Assembly: GCA_049976465.1 (NCBI GenBank)
Contig: JBMFIE010000001.1
Coordinates: forward strand, 1-59,207
DNA length: 59,207 nt
Origin: Thiomonas sp.
GTDB lineage: Bacteria; Pseudomonadota; Gammaproteobacteria; Burkholderiales; Burkholderiaceae_C
Direction of reading: 5' to 3'
Positions 50,195-59,207 of the stretch are shown here, in pieces. The notes beneath the pieces are model-generated. The model was not told the DNA's origin. It did no database searches and saw only the letters and a list, made by a program, of their open reading frames with translations. Numbering within the stretch: position 1 is the first letter of the stretch; each line of letters begins with the position of its first letter. Both the position numbers and the translations under genes were made by a program.

Positions 50195-51268
50195 TTAAAA
50201 CGCCGTACTGATTCCCAGGCTGGCGGTCCAGTGCGGGAAGAGTTGATAGCCGTCGAGCTGGCTGTAGACCGGCAACTGCACGAATCCATACGCCTGCCAG
50301 CCCTTGGCCACCGTGACCGACAGGCCGGGGCTGAGATAGGCCACGGTGCCTGCGGTATCGGCGGTGTCGGCCAGCGCGCCCTGGTCGTGGCTTTTGTGCG
50401 TGAGGTTGACCTGCAGCTGCGGCACCCAGTCGGGGTGCGCCTCGTAGCGCAAACCAAAGCTCAGGCTGGCGAGATTGCCCGGGCGGTAGTCTGCGCCGGG
50501 CGCGTTCAGCCGGTGCGCGACGGCGGCCTGGAATTGGCCGTTGACGAAGGCATCGAAGTTCTGGCTGACCGCTTGGTAGTAGTAGGCGCCCACGATCAGG
50601 TCGGTACTGCCGGTGCCCGGCTGCAGGCTGGTGTCGAGCAGATTGCCCGGTGAGGGCTGCTGTGCGTTGGGCCCGCGGCTGAACGCCACCGGATCGCGGC
50701 CGACCACCCCGGTGCCGTCTGCGTTCGGGCCGCCGTAGCGCCCGGTGGGCAGCTTCACGCCGAATTGCACGCCCAGGTTGTGCGTGGGCAGCAGCCCCTG
50801 CCAGGCGGCGATGAACTTGACATCGCCCAGGCTGGAGACCGTCGCGCCGCTGAGGTTGTCGGGGGTGAGCTGATCCGGCGTGGCCGCGCCGTATGTGGTG
50901 TGGCTGCGGTCGATGTAGGGGATTTGGAGGTTGAAATTCCAGTCCGGGCTGGGGCTGTAGCCGATGCCCAGCGTGAGGTAGCGGTTGATGGTGTCGTGCT
51001 CGACCTCCTGGCCGGCATCCGGGTTGAGCGCGGCGACGCTGGCCGCCGAGACCGCGTGCGTTCCGCTGCGCAGCTGGTTCTGGTTGATGAAGTCATACTG
51101 CAGGTTCACCCGCCAGCCCGGGGCGGCGGAATAACCCATCGCGGCGTCGGTGCTCAGGCTGCAACCGCAGGTGGCGCAGGCCTGCGCGGTCAGAGGAAGG
51201 GCGAGGGCGCTGGCACCGCAGGCCAGGGCCAGCAAGGTGCGCGTGGTGGGGCGCAAAAAAGGGCGCAT
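50195..51268 (-). CDS. Outer-membrane beta-barrel protein with N-terminal CxxCxC (putative metal channel)
   Basis: Signal peptide ending AQA then CATCGC; amphipathic strands; KLPTG and LQPGTGS motifs; terminal Phe. Confidence 0.7.
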   Translation of the reverse strand: MRPFLRPTTRTLLALACGASALALPLTAQACATCGCSLSTDAAMGYSAAPGWRVNLQYDFINQNQLRSGTHAVSAASVAALNPDAGQEVEHDTINRYLTLGIGYSPSPDWNFNLQIPYIDRSHTTYGAATPDQLTPDNLSGATVSSLGDVKFIAAWQGLLPTHNLGVQFGVKLPTGRYGGPNADGTGVVGRDPVAFSRGPNAQQPSPGNLLDTSLQPGTGSTDLIVGAYYYQAVSQNFDAFVNGQFQAAVAHRLNAPGADYRPGNLASLSFGLRYEAHPDWVPQLQVNLTHKSHDQGALADTADTAGTVAYLSPGLSVTVAKGWQAYGFVQLPVYSQLDGYQLFPHWTASLGISTAF

Positions 51269-51355
51269 GAAGAGTGCTCCAGTCGGTTCACATCGCCCGC
51301 GGATGCGGGCAGGGGGCAGCGCCGCGTTGAACGCAGCGGCTGCGGTTGGAACGGA

Positions 51356-51760
51356 TCAGGAGACTTGCGGTGGCGCGCGGGGTTGTTGCGGGCGTTGCCG
51401 CAGCGCGGTATCGCGGGGCGCTGCGGGCTCGGGTAAGGCTGGCTGCGCCGTATGTGCAGACAGCGCCGCCGTCGCAGGAGACGCCGCAGGCAGGGCCCAC
51501 GGCGACCCGGTGGCATTCAGCGCGGCTGAGGGGTCGAGCAAGACCTGCAGATGGTGCGCATGGTCTCGCGCGGCATCGGTGGGCCTGGCCGCAGCATGTG
51601 CGGCGGGCGCCGCGCTAGTGATGCAATACGGCAATGTCACCCATTGCGCCGTCGGCTGCTGCGCCCAAGCCAAGGGCTGCAGCGCCAATGCCAGGACCAC
51701 CAGCCAGATCAGGCGGGCGGAGGACGGCAACGAGGCAAACTGGCGAAAAGTGGCACGCAT
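51356..51760 (-). CDS. DUF2946/CruR-like leader protein with C-terminal RAPP motif
   Basis: Hydrophobic signal/TM segment, YC, DHAHH, Pro/Ala linker, QPRAPPQVS*; first gene of a copper operon. Confidence 0.65.
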   Translation of the reverse strand: MRATFRQFASLPSSARLIWLVVLALALQPLAWAQQPTAQWVTLPYCITSAAPAAHAAARPTDAARDHAHHLQVLLDPSAALNATGSPWALPAASPATAALSAHTAQPALPEPAAPRDTALRQRPQQPRAPPQVS

Positions 51761-51919
51761 CACGGCGCGATCTTAACGGCGCGCCAGCACATTGCGTTGC
51801 AACAAAACGTGACCCTGCGGGTTGTGGTAGCCAAAAGGTGCGGCAGCGAAGGTGCGGCCGCTCGGCAACGCAGGCGCGCAGCGCGACAGTCACGGGCGGT
51901 TTGCCTCTACCATGCCGGG

Positions 51920-52984
<1,065 letters not shown>

Positions 52985-53157
52985 GCGTCGCGTGCGGCAC
53001 GGCCGGCAAAGCGGTAGCGACGCCACACGGCCGGGGCCGCATCGGCGAAGGCCGCCCGGCTGACCCTGCGCGCCTGCGGGCTTTGACGGCGCAGGCGCGC
53101 ATGCGCCGATGGCCGGGGCAAAATGCGCGCCACGGCTCAACCCTGCAGGAGACATCG

Positions 53158-53739
53158 ATGCAACTGCCCGACATTCGCGTGGGAGACCGCTGGGTCTTCA
53201 TCACCCGCACCCAGGAAGAGATCGACCGCGGCGACCCCGGCCTGGTCATGTCCAATCTGGTCACGCAGATCACGCCCAATGGCGAGGTGCATGTGCAAGT
53301 GCAGCGCACCAACAAGGCCGACTCGCCGGCGCTGATGAACATTTACTCCAAACAGTTCGACCTGCTGTCGCGCGAGATCGTGCCGGGTGAGGCGATCGAA
53401 TACCGCCCGGCGTTTCCGCAGTTCGTGTTTCCGCTGAGCGTGGGCAAGAACTGGAAGGACGTGGTCACGCAGAGCCAGCCCGAATGGGATCTGCAAACCA
53501 AGCTGGGCGTGAGCGTCAGCGTGGAGGCGGAGGAAACCGTCACCGTGCCCGCCGGCACATTTCATACCTTTCGCCTGCAGGGACATTACACCGCAGCGCA
53601 GGCGACCGTGATGACCCACTACTGGTACGCCCCGGCAGCGGGCCGCGCGATCAAAGGCATCGAGGACACGCTGTCGATCAACGGCGTGCGCACCCGGTTG
53701 GTCTACGAACTGCAGTCGCTCAACAGGCTGCGGGTCTGA
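53158..53739 (+). CDS. Hypothetical protein with VTVPAGTF motif
   Basis: AGGAG RBS; VGDRW, FPLSVGK.W, ETVTVPAGTF, WYAP pattern. Confidence 0.7.
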   Translation: MQLPDIRVGDRWVFITRTQEEIDRGDPGLVMSNLVTQITPNGEVHVQVQRTNKADSPALMNIYSKQFDLLSREIVPGEAIEYRPAFPQFVFPLSVGKNWKDVVTQSQPEWDLQTKLGVSVSVEAEETVTVPAGTFHTFRLQGHYTAAQATVMTHYWYAPAAGRAIKGIEDTLSINGVRTRLVYELQSLNRLRV

Positions 53740-53789
53740 GCGGCGGCTGGCCCATCGCTTTTCCCGCCCTGGGTGCAGAGGTGTTCAGA

Positions 53790-56345
53790 TCAGTCGGGCA
53801 GGTCAGATGCCACCCAGCGATCCGGCGCGTTCCAGTAGTGCGCAGCGGCGGCACGCCAGCCCTGCAATGCGTCGGGCGCGGTGTCGCGCCACAGCAGCGC
53901 ACCCTGCAGATCGGTGCGCCACACTGCAATGCCGCGCGCGGTGTAGCGCTGCAGCACCAGCGGGTGCGGGTGACCATGTGCATTGTGGTAGCCGGCCTGC
54001 ACCACTGCGGCGCGTGGCATCACGGTGTCGAGCAGGGCGTCGCTGGATGAAGACTTGCTGCCGTGATGCGGCACCAGCAGCACGTCGGCATAGGGCAATG
54101 CGTCGGCCGCGTGCAGCACGCGCTCCTGTGCCTGATCGATGTCGCCGGTGAGCAGCACCGAACCGCCGCGCGCGGCCACATGCAGCACGCAGGAACTGGC
54201 ATTGTCATTGCGCGGCGCCGCGCCCGGCAGCGGGCTGATGATGCGAAAGTCCACCCCGTCCCAGTTCCAGTGCTGCCCGGCCACGCAGCGCTGGTGGGTG
54301 GTATAGCCCAGGCGCGCGGCCCGCTCTGGCGCGATCGAGGTCAGCAGTGCGGCCTCCCGGTGAGCGTGGGCGATGGCCGCGGCGCCACCCGCGTGGTCGC
54401 TGTCGTCGTGGCTGACCACCACCCGGTCCAGATGCCGCATGCCCAGGCTGTGCAGCAGCGGCAGCAGCACCCGGCTGCCCGCGTCTACCCCGGGCGTCTG
54501 CTGCGGACCGGTGTCGTACAACAGGGTGTGCCGCGCGGTGCGCACGACCACGGCCATGCCCTGGCCGACATCGGCAAACCACAGCTCGACGTGGCCCGGT
54601 GCAGGCGCGCTGCCGGGGTTGCTGGCCAGCGGCAGCATCAGCAGCAGGCCGGGTGCGCGCAGCCGCCAACCCCACGGCAGCGCCAGGATCAGCGCGCCCG
54701 ACATCGCCAGCGCCAGGGTCAGGGCATCGGGCGCGGCGGCATGCCACTGCGCCACGGGCCAGGCCGCCATGTTCCGCAGGGCTTGATCGAGCATGAGCTG
54801 CAGCCAGGCGGCAAGCTGCCAGACCCAGCCGTCCAGCGGCGCGGGCAGCAGCAGGCCGAAGATGGACAGTGGCGCCACCGCCAACGTGACCAGCGGAATC
54901 GCCACCGCATTGGCCAGCGGCGAAAGCACCGCGATCTGCTGAAAAAACAGCAAGGTCAGCGGCAGCAGCGCGATGGTGGCCACCCATTGCGCCTGGCTGG
55001 CGCTGCGCACGGACTGCCAGCCGCGTTGCCACACTCCGGGTGCCGATGCGGTTTGCGCGGGCGCAAGAGACGCGGTTTCCGGGTGTCGCCGCTCGCCCGA
55101 GACGAATAGCAACCCCACCGCGACGAACGACAGCCAGAACCCCGCCTGCCGCACCGCCCACGGGTCCCACAGCAGCACCACCACCAGCGCCAGCGCCATC
55201 ACGTCCCGCCAGTCGGCCCGCAGGCCGCGCTGGCGCAGCAGCAGCACCACCGCGAGCATCAGCAGGGTGCGCTGCGCCGGCACCCCCCAGCCGGCGATCA
55301 GGGCATACGCGGTGGCCACGGGCAGTGCCACCCAGGCCGCCAGCGTAGGCGCAGGCACGAATAGCGTCCACGGTCGGGGCAGGCGTGCGCTCTGCCGCCA
55401 CAGCCAGCCGGCCAGGTGCAGCGCCATCCAGGCCAGCAAGGTGATGTGCAGACCGGAAATGCTCATCAGATGCGCGACACCGGTGATGCGATACACCGCC
55501 CAGTCCGCCGGGGAAATCGCCGCCTGATCGCCCAGCGCCAGCGCGATGATGGTGCCCGCAGCCGTCGGCGCCGGCGGCCGCGTGCGCGCTGCATGCCCTC
55601 CGGTGTCGCCCTCTCCAGCCCGATCCTGTGGTGCCGGTGGCACGCCGTCCTGGACATGCAGCGCGGCCATCATGCGCTGGCGGAGGCGGTCGCGCAGCTG
55701 CGCAATCCAGTCGGCCGGTGTGCTGCGCACCCCGAGCAGCTGCGGCTGGCCGATGCGGCTGACCGTGCCGGTGGCGCCGATGCCGTCTTGAAACAGGCTC
55801 AGCTCGATGTCGTGGCCGCCGGGGTTGAACAGACCGTGCGGCTGCTTGAGCCGCACCGGCAGCTGCCATTGCTGCCCGGGATGCACGCGGGGCGGCGGCT
55901 CCGGGCGGTCTGCATGCCGATTGCGCCTGGCATACCAGCTCAGCGACAGCCGGCCCGGCACCCCTGGCGGCACAGGCTCGGTGAGATCGAGCAGAAACCG
56001 TGTGCTATCTGGATACAGCACGGGTAAATCCACCACCGTGCCGCGCACGGTCAGGACCTGTCCCTCCAGCGCCGGATCGAGCCGGTCTTGGAGCACGGGA
56101 TGCGCGCGCCAGCCTGCCAGCCCGAACGCCAGCGTCAGGCCCGCCAGCGCGGATGCCGCACCGAGCGCACCGCGCAACCAGCCGCCGACCGTCAGGGTAT
56201 CCCGGCGCATCTGCCACACAAGCAAGCCGAGCGTGCCGAGCAAACCCGCCAGCCCGATTCCGCCATAGACCGGGCGAGGCCACAGCGCCACTTGCGCGGT
56301 CTGCAGGGCGCAGCCGAGCAGCACGGCAAAGGCGTAGATCGGCAA
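53790..56345 (-). CDS. comEC: DNA uptake channel ComEC/Rec2
   Basis: HLMSISGLH, GFWLSF, DVGQG, SHDDSDH, VPHHGSKSSS. Confidence 0.93.
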   Translation of the reverse strand: MPIYAFAVLLGCALQTAQVALWPRPVYGGIGLAGLLGTLGLLVWQMRRDTLTVGGWLRGALGAASALAGLTLAFGLAGWRAHPVLQDRLDPALEGQVLTVRGTVVDLPVLYPDSTRFLLDLTEPVPPGVPGRLSLSWYARRNRHADRPEPPPRVHPGQQWQLPVRLKQPHGLFNPGGHDIELSLFQDGIGATGTVSRIGQPQLLGVRSTPADWIAQLRDRLRQRMMAALHVQDGVPPAPQDRAGEGDTGGHAARTRPPAPTAAGTIIALALGDQAAISPADWAVYRITGVAHLMSISGLHITLLAWMALHLAGWLWRQSARLPRPWTLFVPAPTLAAWVALPVATAYALIAGWGVPAQRTLLMLAVVLLLRQRGLRADWRDVMALALVVVLLWDPWAVRQAGFWLSFVAVGLLFVSGERRHPETASLAPAQTASAPGVWQRGWQSVRSASQAQWVATIALLPLTLLFFQQIAVLSPLANAVAIPLVTLAVAPLSIFGLLLPAPLDGWVWQLAAWLQLMLDQALRNMAAWPVAQWHAAAPDALTLALAMSGALILALPWGWRLRAPGLLLMLPLASNPGSAPAPGHVELWFADVGQGMAVVVRTARHTLLYDTGPQQTPGVDAGSRVLLPLLHSLGMRHLDRVVVSHDDSDHAGGAAAIAHAHREAALLTSIAPERAARLGYTTHQRCVAGQHWNWDGVDFRIISPLPGAAPRNDNASSCVLHVAARGGSVLLTGDIDQAQERVLHAADALPYADVLLVPHHGSKSSSSDALLDTVMPRAAVVQAGYHNAHGHPHPLVLQRYTARGIAVWRTDLQGALLWRDTAPDALQGWRAAAAHYWNAPDRWVASDLPD

Positions 56346-56520
56346 GGCTGGCTCCTACGGCACGTGGCGGCAATCGATCCGGGCGGTTCGTCCGCCGCAT
56401 CATAAGCAACCGGTGCGCTTGCGCCGCCACGAGACGTCTCCCCAGTTGTGCGGCAACGCGCGCAGCGCTTGGTCGTGTTTGTATGGTTCAATTTCCACAA
56501 CTGTTTTCGGGAGTCCGTGC

Positions 56521-57108
56521 ATGAAACCGCAACATCGACGCAGCATTCTGGGGCAGCTGGGCGCGGGCGCGGCCGCGCTGGGTGTGCTGACGCTGGCGGG
56601 CTGCGCCACGCCGGTGGATCTCAACCAGCCGGTGCCGGTGCAGCAGCTCAATCCCCCGACCCCGCGGATCACCGTGCCGCCATCGACCTACGCGCCCGTG
56701 GTGCCGCAGGCCCCGACCAGTCAGGCCCAACCGCTGGCGCCCAGCGCACCGATCACCGTGCAGCCGCTCGGCCCGGCGGGTGTGGCGCCGGCGAGCCCGG
56801 GTGCTCCGGAGTCCGCCCCCGCCCCCGCGGCCGCGGCACCCGAGGCGTCAGCCCCGCAGCAGTTGACGCCCGCGCTGCCACCGGGCGCAATGCGTTTCAA
56901 TTGCCAGGATGGCACTTCTTTTGTCGCCACGTTCGGCGACGTATCGGTCACCCTGCAAACCGCGCTGGGCAATCTCACGCTGGATCAGACCGTCTCCGCC
57001 GATGGTGCGCGCTACCGCAACAGCGCTTTTCAAGTGTGGTTCAAGGGCCGGCAGGCCACGGTGACCAATTTCCTGCAGAACACCACCACGGTCTGCCAGC
57101 AGCAATGA
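56521..57108 (+). CDS. Lipoprotein with Pro-rich linker and C-terminal MliC/PliC-like domain
   Basis: Lipobox LAGC; FNC..., SADGARY, WFKG, terminal Cys. Confidence 0.7.
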   Translation: MKPQHRRSILGQLGAGAAALGVLTLAGCATPVDLNQPVPVQQLNPPTPRITVPPSTYAPVVPQAPTSQAQPLAPSAPITVQPLGPAGVAPASPGAPESAPAPAAAAPEASAPQQLTPALPPGAMRFNCQDGTSFVATFGDVSVTLQTALGNLTLDQTVSADGARYRNSAFQVWFKGRQATVTNFLQNTTTVCQQQ

Positions 57109-57358
57109 GCCGCGGCGGCCGGCGCGGGTGCACAAATCGCGTGAACAGGCTTTAGCCAAACATGACACACTGTTACTCAAGGCGGGCCTGCCTCGCTCTA
57201 CAGTGTGAAAACGTCGGTTTTTCGCGTCGGGCGGTGTGCACTTTTTCACCGCTACCAGTCTGCTCGAAGGCGCCGCGCGCCTCGGGTGGACCGGCATGGC
57301 GCATGCAGGCGCACACGCTGGCCAGGGGCACGCGTGCGGCCATCACCGGAGTTCTCCC

Positions 57359-58741
57359 ATGCAGCCATCGCGCCGTCGGTTCATCCAGAAGTCTTTGCTC
57401 ACCCTGCCAGCGCTGGGCTCGCTGGCTGCCTGTGGAGGCGGTGGCGTTGGCGGATCGGTTGCCAACGCGGGGACGGGAACCAATTCGGCGCCGGGAGCCG
57501 TGCCGGCCAATCTGGACCTGTCTATCGGCCTGAAACAAGTGGGCAAGGCGCCGGTTTCCTACACTGCGCTGGCCAAGCCGGCGAAGGGGCAGCGCATCAC
57601 CGACCCCGATTTCGGCACGACCATCATCCGTATCACCGACGGCGTGAGCGACTTCAACAACCTTTGCGTCGCGCCGGCCTATCCCACCGCAATGGCGTGG
57701 AACTGCGATGAAACCCGCTTCATCCTCTACGCGCCCGGCTCGACCGCGCAGGCCGGCGGCAAACAGGGATGGGCGCTGTATGACGGCACGACCTACCAGT
57801 TCATCAAATTTCTCGACATCAATCCCGGCGATGTCGAACAGTTCTACTGGGATCATCAAGATCCCGCCATCCTGCGCTACATCGACAACCACTCGGTGGG
57901 CAGCCAGAACCTGGCCGATCTCACCGCCATCAATGTGGAAACCGGCGTCAAGACCGTCATTCACAGCTTCCTGCCCAATGGGCTGCCGCCTGGTGCCCCG
58001 GCAGACACCAATCTGGTGCGATGCGGCTATCCGTTCGCCCTTGGCGTCAATGCGCAGGGCCAGCGCATTTGGGGACTGGGCGCAGGCGGCCCCAGCGTGC
58101 CCAACGTGGCGGGGGAGCTGGGGCTGTGGGTGTTCGGCTTCAACGAGGCAACAGGACAGTTCATCCTGTATGACCAGAATGTCGTTCCGCAGCCGCAGGC
58201 GCGCGGTTCGACGCCTTTCCCGTCCGTCTCGGGCAGGTATTTCGTCTGGAATGCCGCACCTGGCCTGAACTCGACCCCGTCGGTGCAAAGCGCCGTGCTC
58301 GACGCCACCACGGGCAAGCTGGTGCGCTGGGTCGATTTCGACACCAACGAGCATTGCGACACCGCGCAGGACGCAAACGGCAACGATCTGCTGGTGGGGT
58401 CGCAGTTCTCGCGCAACACCGGCGGCAACGGCAACGTGATCGTCTGCAACCTCGACACGGGCGCGGTGAGCAATTTCGTGGGCGAATCCAGCGGCTGGGG
58501 ATACCCCGTCACCGGCAGCTTGAGCGGATCGACCGCGTGGAAAAACCCTGCTTGGGTGGTCACCGGCATGACCGGCAACATCTACGGCACCGGCAGCAAC
58601 GGGCAGGCCACGCCGGGGTCTGGCGGCAACAGCGGCCCGACCGCCAACCCGTGCACCATTCTCGACCAGGAGGTGATGATCACCAACCTGACCAGCGGCG
58701 CGACCTGGCGCATCGCCCACCACCGCAGCACCGGCAACTAG
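57359..58741 (+). pseudogene. Tat lipoprotein, beta-propeller-like; probably C-terminally truncated by IS insertion
   Basis: SRRRFIQK Tat motif plus LAAC-GGGG lipobox; the stop codon TAG lies in CTAG at the IS junction. Confidence 0.6.
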
Positions 58742-59207
58742 TCGCCCCTGCAAAATTCATTTCCTGTACCCCCATCGGACGCAACGCCACCCCATGAGAC
58801 AGCCGCGTCGGGCGTGGGGCGGCGAGCCCACAGTCTCAGGCCAGTGCCCAAGCGGGGCCGTGGGCGGGCGGTGAGGCGCCCATAGCCCGCGCACCCCCAA
58901 GCGCCTGGCGCAGCAGGCGCAAAAAAACCGGGCCCAGGCCCAGACGGACGATGGCGCGCAGCAGCCACTTGATGTTGTATCCCGCGGCGCAGCTGATGGC
59001 GTGCAGCGCATCGCCCAGCGCCCCCTTGAGCCAGCAGCGATCCAGGCGGTGATCGGCCTTCAAATGCCCGATGGCGGGCTCTACCGCCGAGCGGCGGCGC
59101 AGCCAGATGCGCTGCTGCGCCGTCAGACTCTTGAACTTGCCGCGGTGGAGGATGTGCTGGCCCGGGTTGTCGCTATCCACCCCGCGAAAGCCAAGATCGA
59201 CCACCAC
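58741..59207 (-). mobile_element. IS5-family insertion sequence, 3' part (runs off window)
   Basis: Transposase C-terminus; candidate terminal IR GTCGCCCCTGCAAAATTC next to a CTAG target-like site. Confidence 0.8.
58836..59207 (-). CDS. IS5-family DDE transposase, partial
   Basis: VDLGFRG, RRSAVEPAIGHLK.DHRL.RCWLKG..GD.LHA..CAAGYN. Confidence 0.9.
   Translation of the reverse strand: MVVDLGFRGVDSDNPGQHILHRGKFKSLTAQQRIWLRRRSAVEPAIGHLKADHRLDRCWLKGALGDALHAISCAAGYNIKWLLRAIVRLGLGPVFLRLLRQALGGARAMGASPPAHGPAWALA

Noticed and set aside
51780-51919. Possible SAH, SAM or cobalamin riboswitch upstream of metH
   Set aside because: No conserved aptamer motifs recognised by eye; an Rfam scan would be needed.

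Overview
GC-rich betaproteobacterial chromosome segment around the replication origin (Burkholderiales; gene content and order suggest a sulfur-oxidiser such as Thiomonas, which is inference). Core genes: fur-bamE-dapB-exbBD, gyrB-dnaN-dnaA with DnaA boxes (probable oriC), rpmH-rnpA-yidD-yidC-mnmE, mnmG-rsmG-parA-parB with two parS sites, hemN, kup, the N-terminal half of metH, and comEC. Most notable accessory loci: (1) a non-canonical sox operon, soxA-soxX-MBL-dsrE-MBL-mntH-soxY-soxZ, with no soxB/soxCD and an ATTC-N8-GAAT operator; (2) an orphan two-module NRPS (C-A-T-C-A-T) with no release domain; (3) a copper operon (CxxCxC outer-membrane barrel, PCuAC, TlpA) led by a RAPP-ending DUF2946/CruR-like ORF that lacks CxxC; (4) a 25-aa membrane peptide coupled to hemP behind a Fur-box promoter; (5) a Tat lipoprotein gene apparently truncated by an IS5-family element at the right edge. 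No rRNA, tRNA or CRISPR array was seen. All calls come from reading motifs by eye; no database searches were run, and some start codons are uncertain.
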